A DNA stretch of 63,165 bases, filler included, from Octopus bimaculoides (Eukaryota): assembly GCF_001194135.2 (NCBI RefSeq). It is 5 parts of 5 records of this genome, joined end to end, with 100 filler letters (N's around TTAATTAATTAA, not from the genome) between each part and the next. Parts side by side here need not be neighbours in the genome. Positions count along the whole stretch, not along the records: positions 59,927 to 63,165 come from NC_069007.1; 4 more parts are not named here. One strand, written 5' to 3'. Of this stretch, positions 62,998 to 63,165 are shown piece after piece. Position 1 is the stretch's first letter, and the number at the start of each line of letters is the position of its first letter. A program made the position numbers and the translations under genes. The notes below the pieces were generated by a model. It had not been told where the DNA came from. It made no database searches and worked only from the letters and a program-made list of their open reading frames with translations.

Positions 62998-63165
62998 AAC
63001 AGTGGCGAGTCAAATCTCACCGCCATGTATAGACATACACACACCACATTTTAATGACTGTTTTCTTTTTCTTTTCTCGATCCACTTCGTATAACAACAA
63101 CACCAGAAACAACAACGACGACAACAACAACAACAACAACAACAATAATAATAACAATAATAATA

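Overview
AT-rich, repeat-saturated eukaryotic genomic DNA. The mix of SINEs, LINEs and microsatellites resembles what I recall of an Octopus (coleoid cephalopod) draft assembly; this is inference and no search was run. About 8.5 kb (~14%) is N gaps, four of which are artificial 100-bp spacers (44N-TTAATTAATTAA-44N). I find no supportable host exon, tRNA, rRNA or CRISPR array, so the window looks like a large intron or intergenic region. Almost every listed ORF is a microsatellite or N-gap artefact. Real coding signal is limited to decayed transposon fragments: R4/Dong-clade REL-endonuclease LINEs (at least two lineages), Penelope-like elements, CR1- and RTE-type LINEs, a hAT (Charlie/Buster-type) and a pogo transposase. 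Non-coding elements include three tRNA-derived SINE families (called A, B and C here), two mariner-type MITEs and a 961-bp GG-terminated TIR element. Best leads: (1) a tail-less end-to-interior fusion of two different R4/Dong lineages, a possible template-jump chimera; (2) a decayed ~320-bp palindrome carrying two back-to-back hammerhead cores, plus two more hammerhead remnants; (3) a 3' stem-loop tail shared by a CR1 LINE and SINE family C; (4) a nested stack of elements in (AAT)n repeats; (5) unexplained hairpins at 11.2 kb and 55.0 kb.
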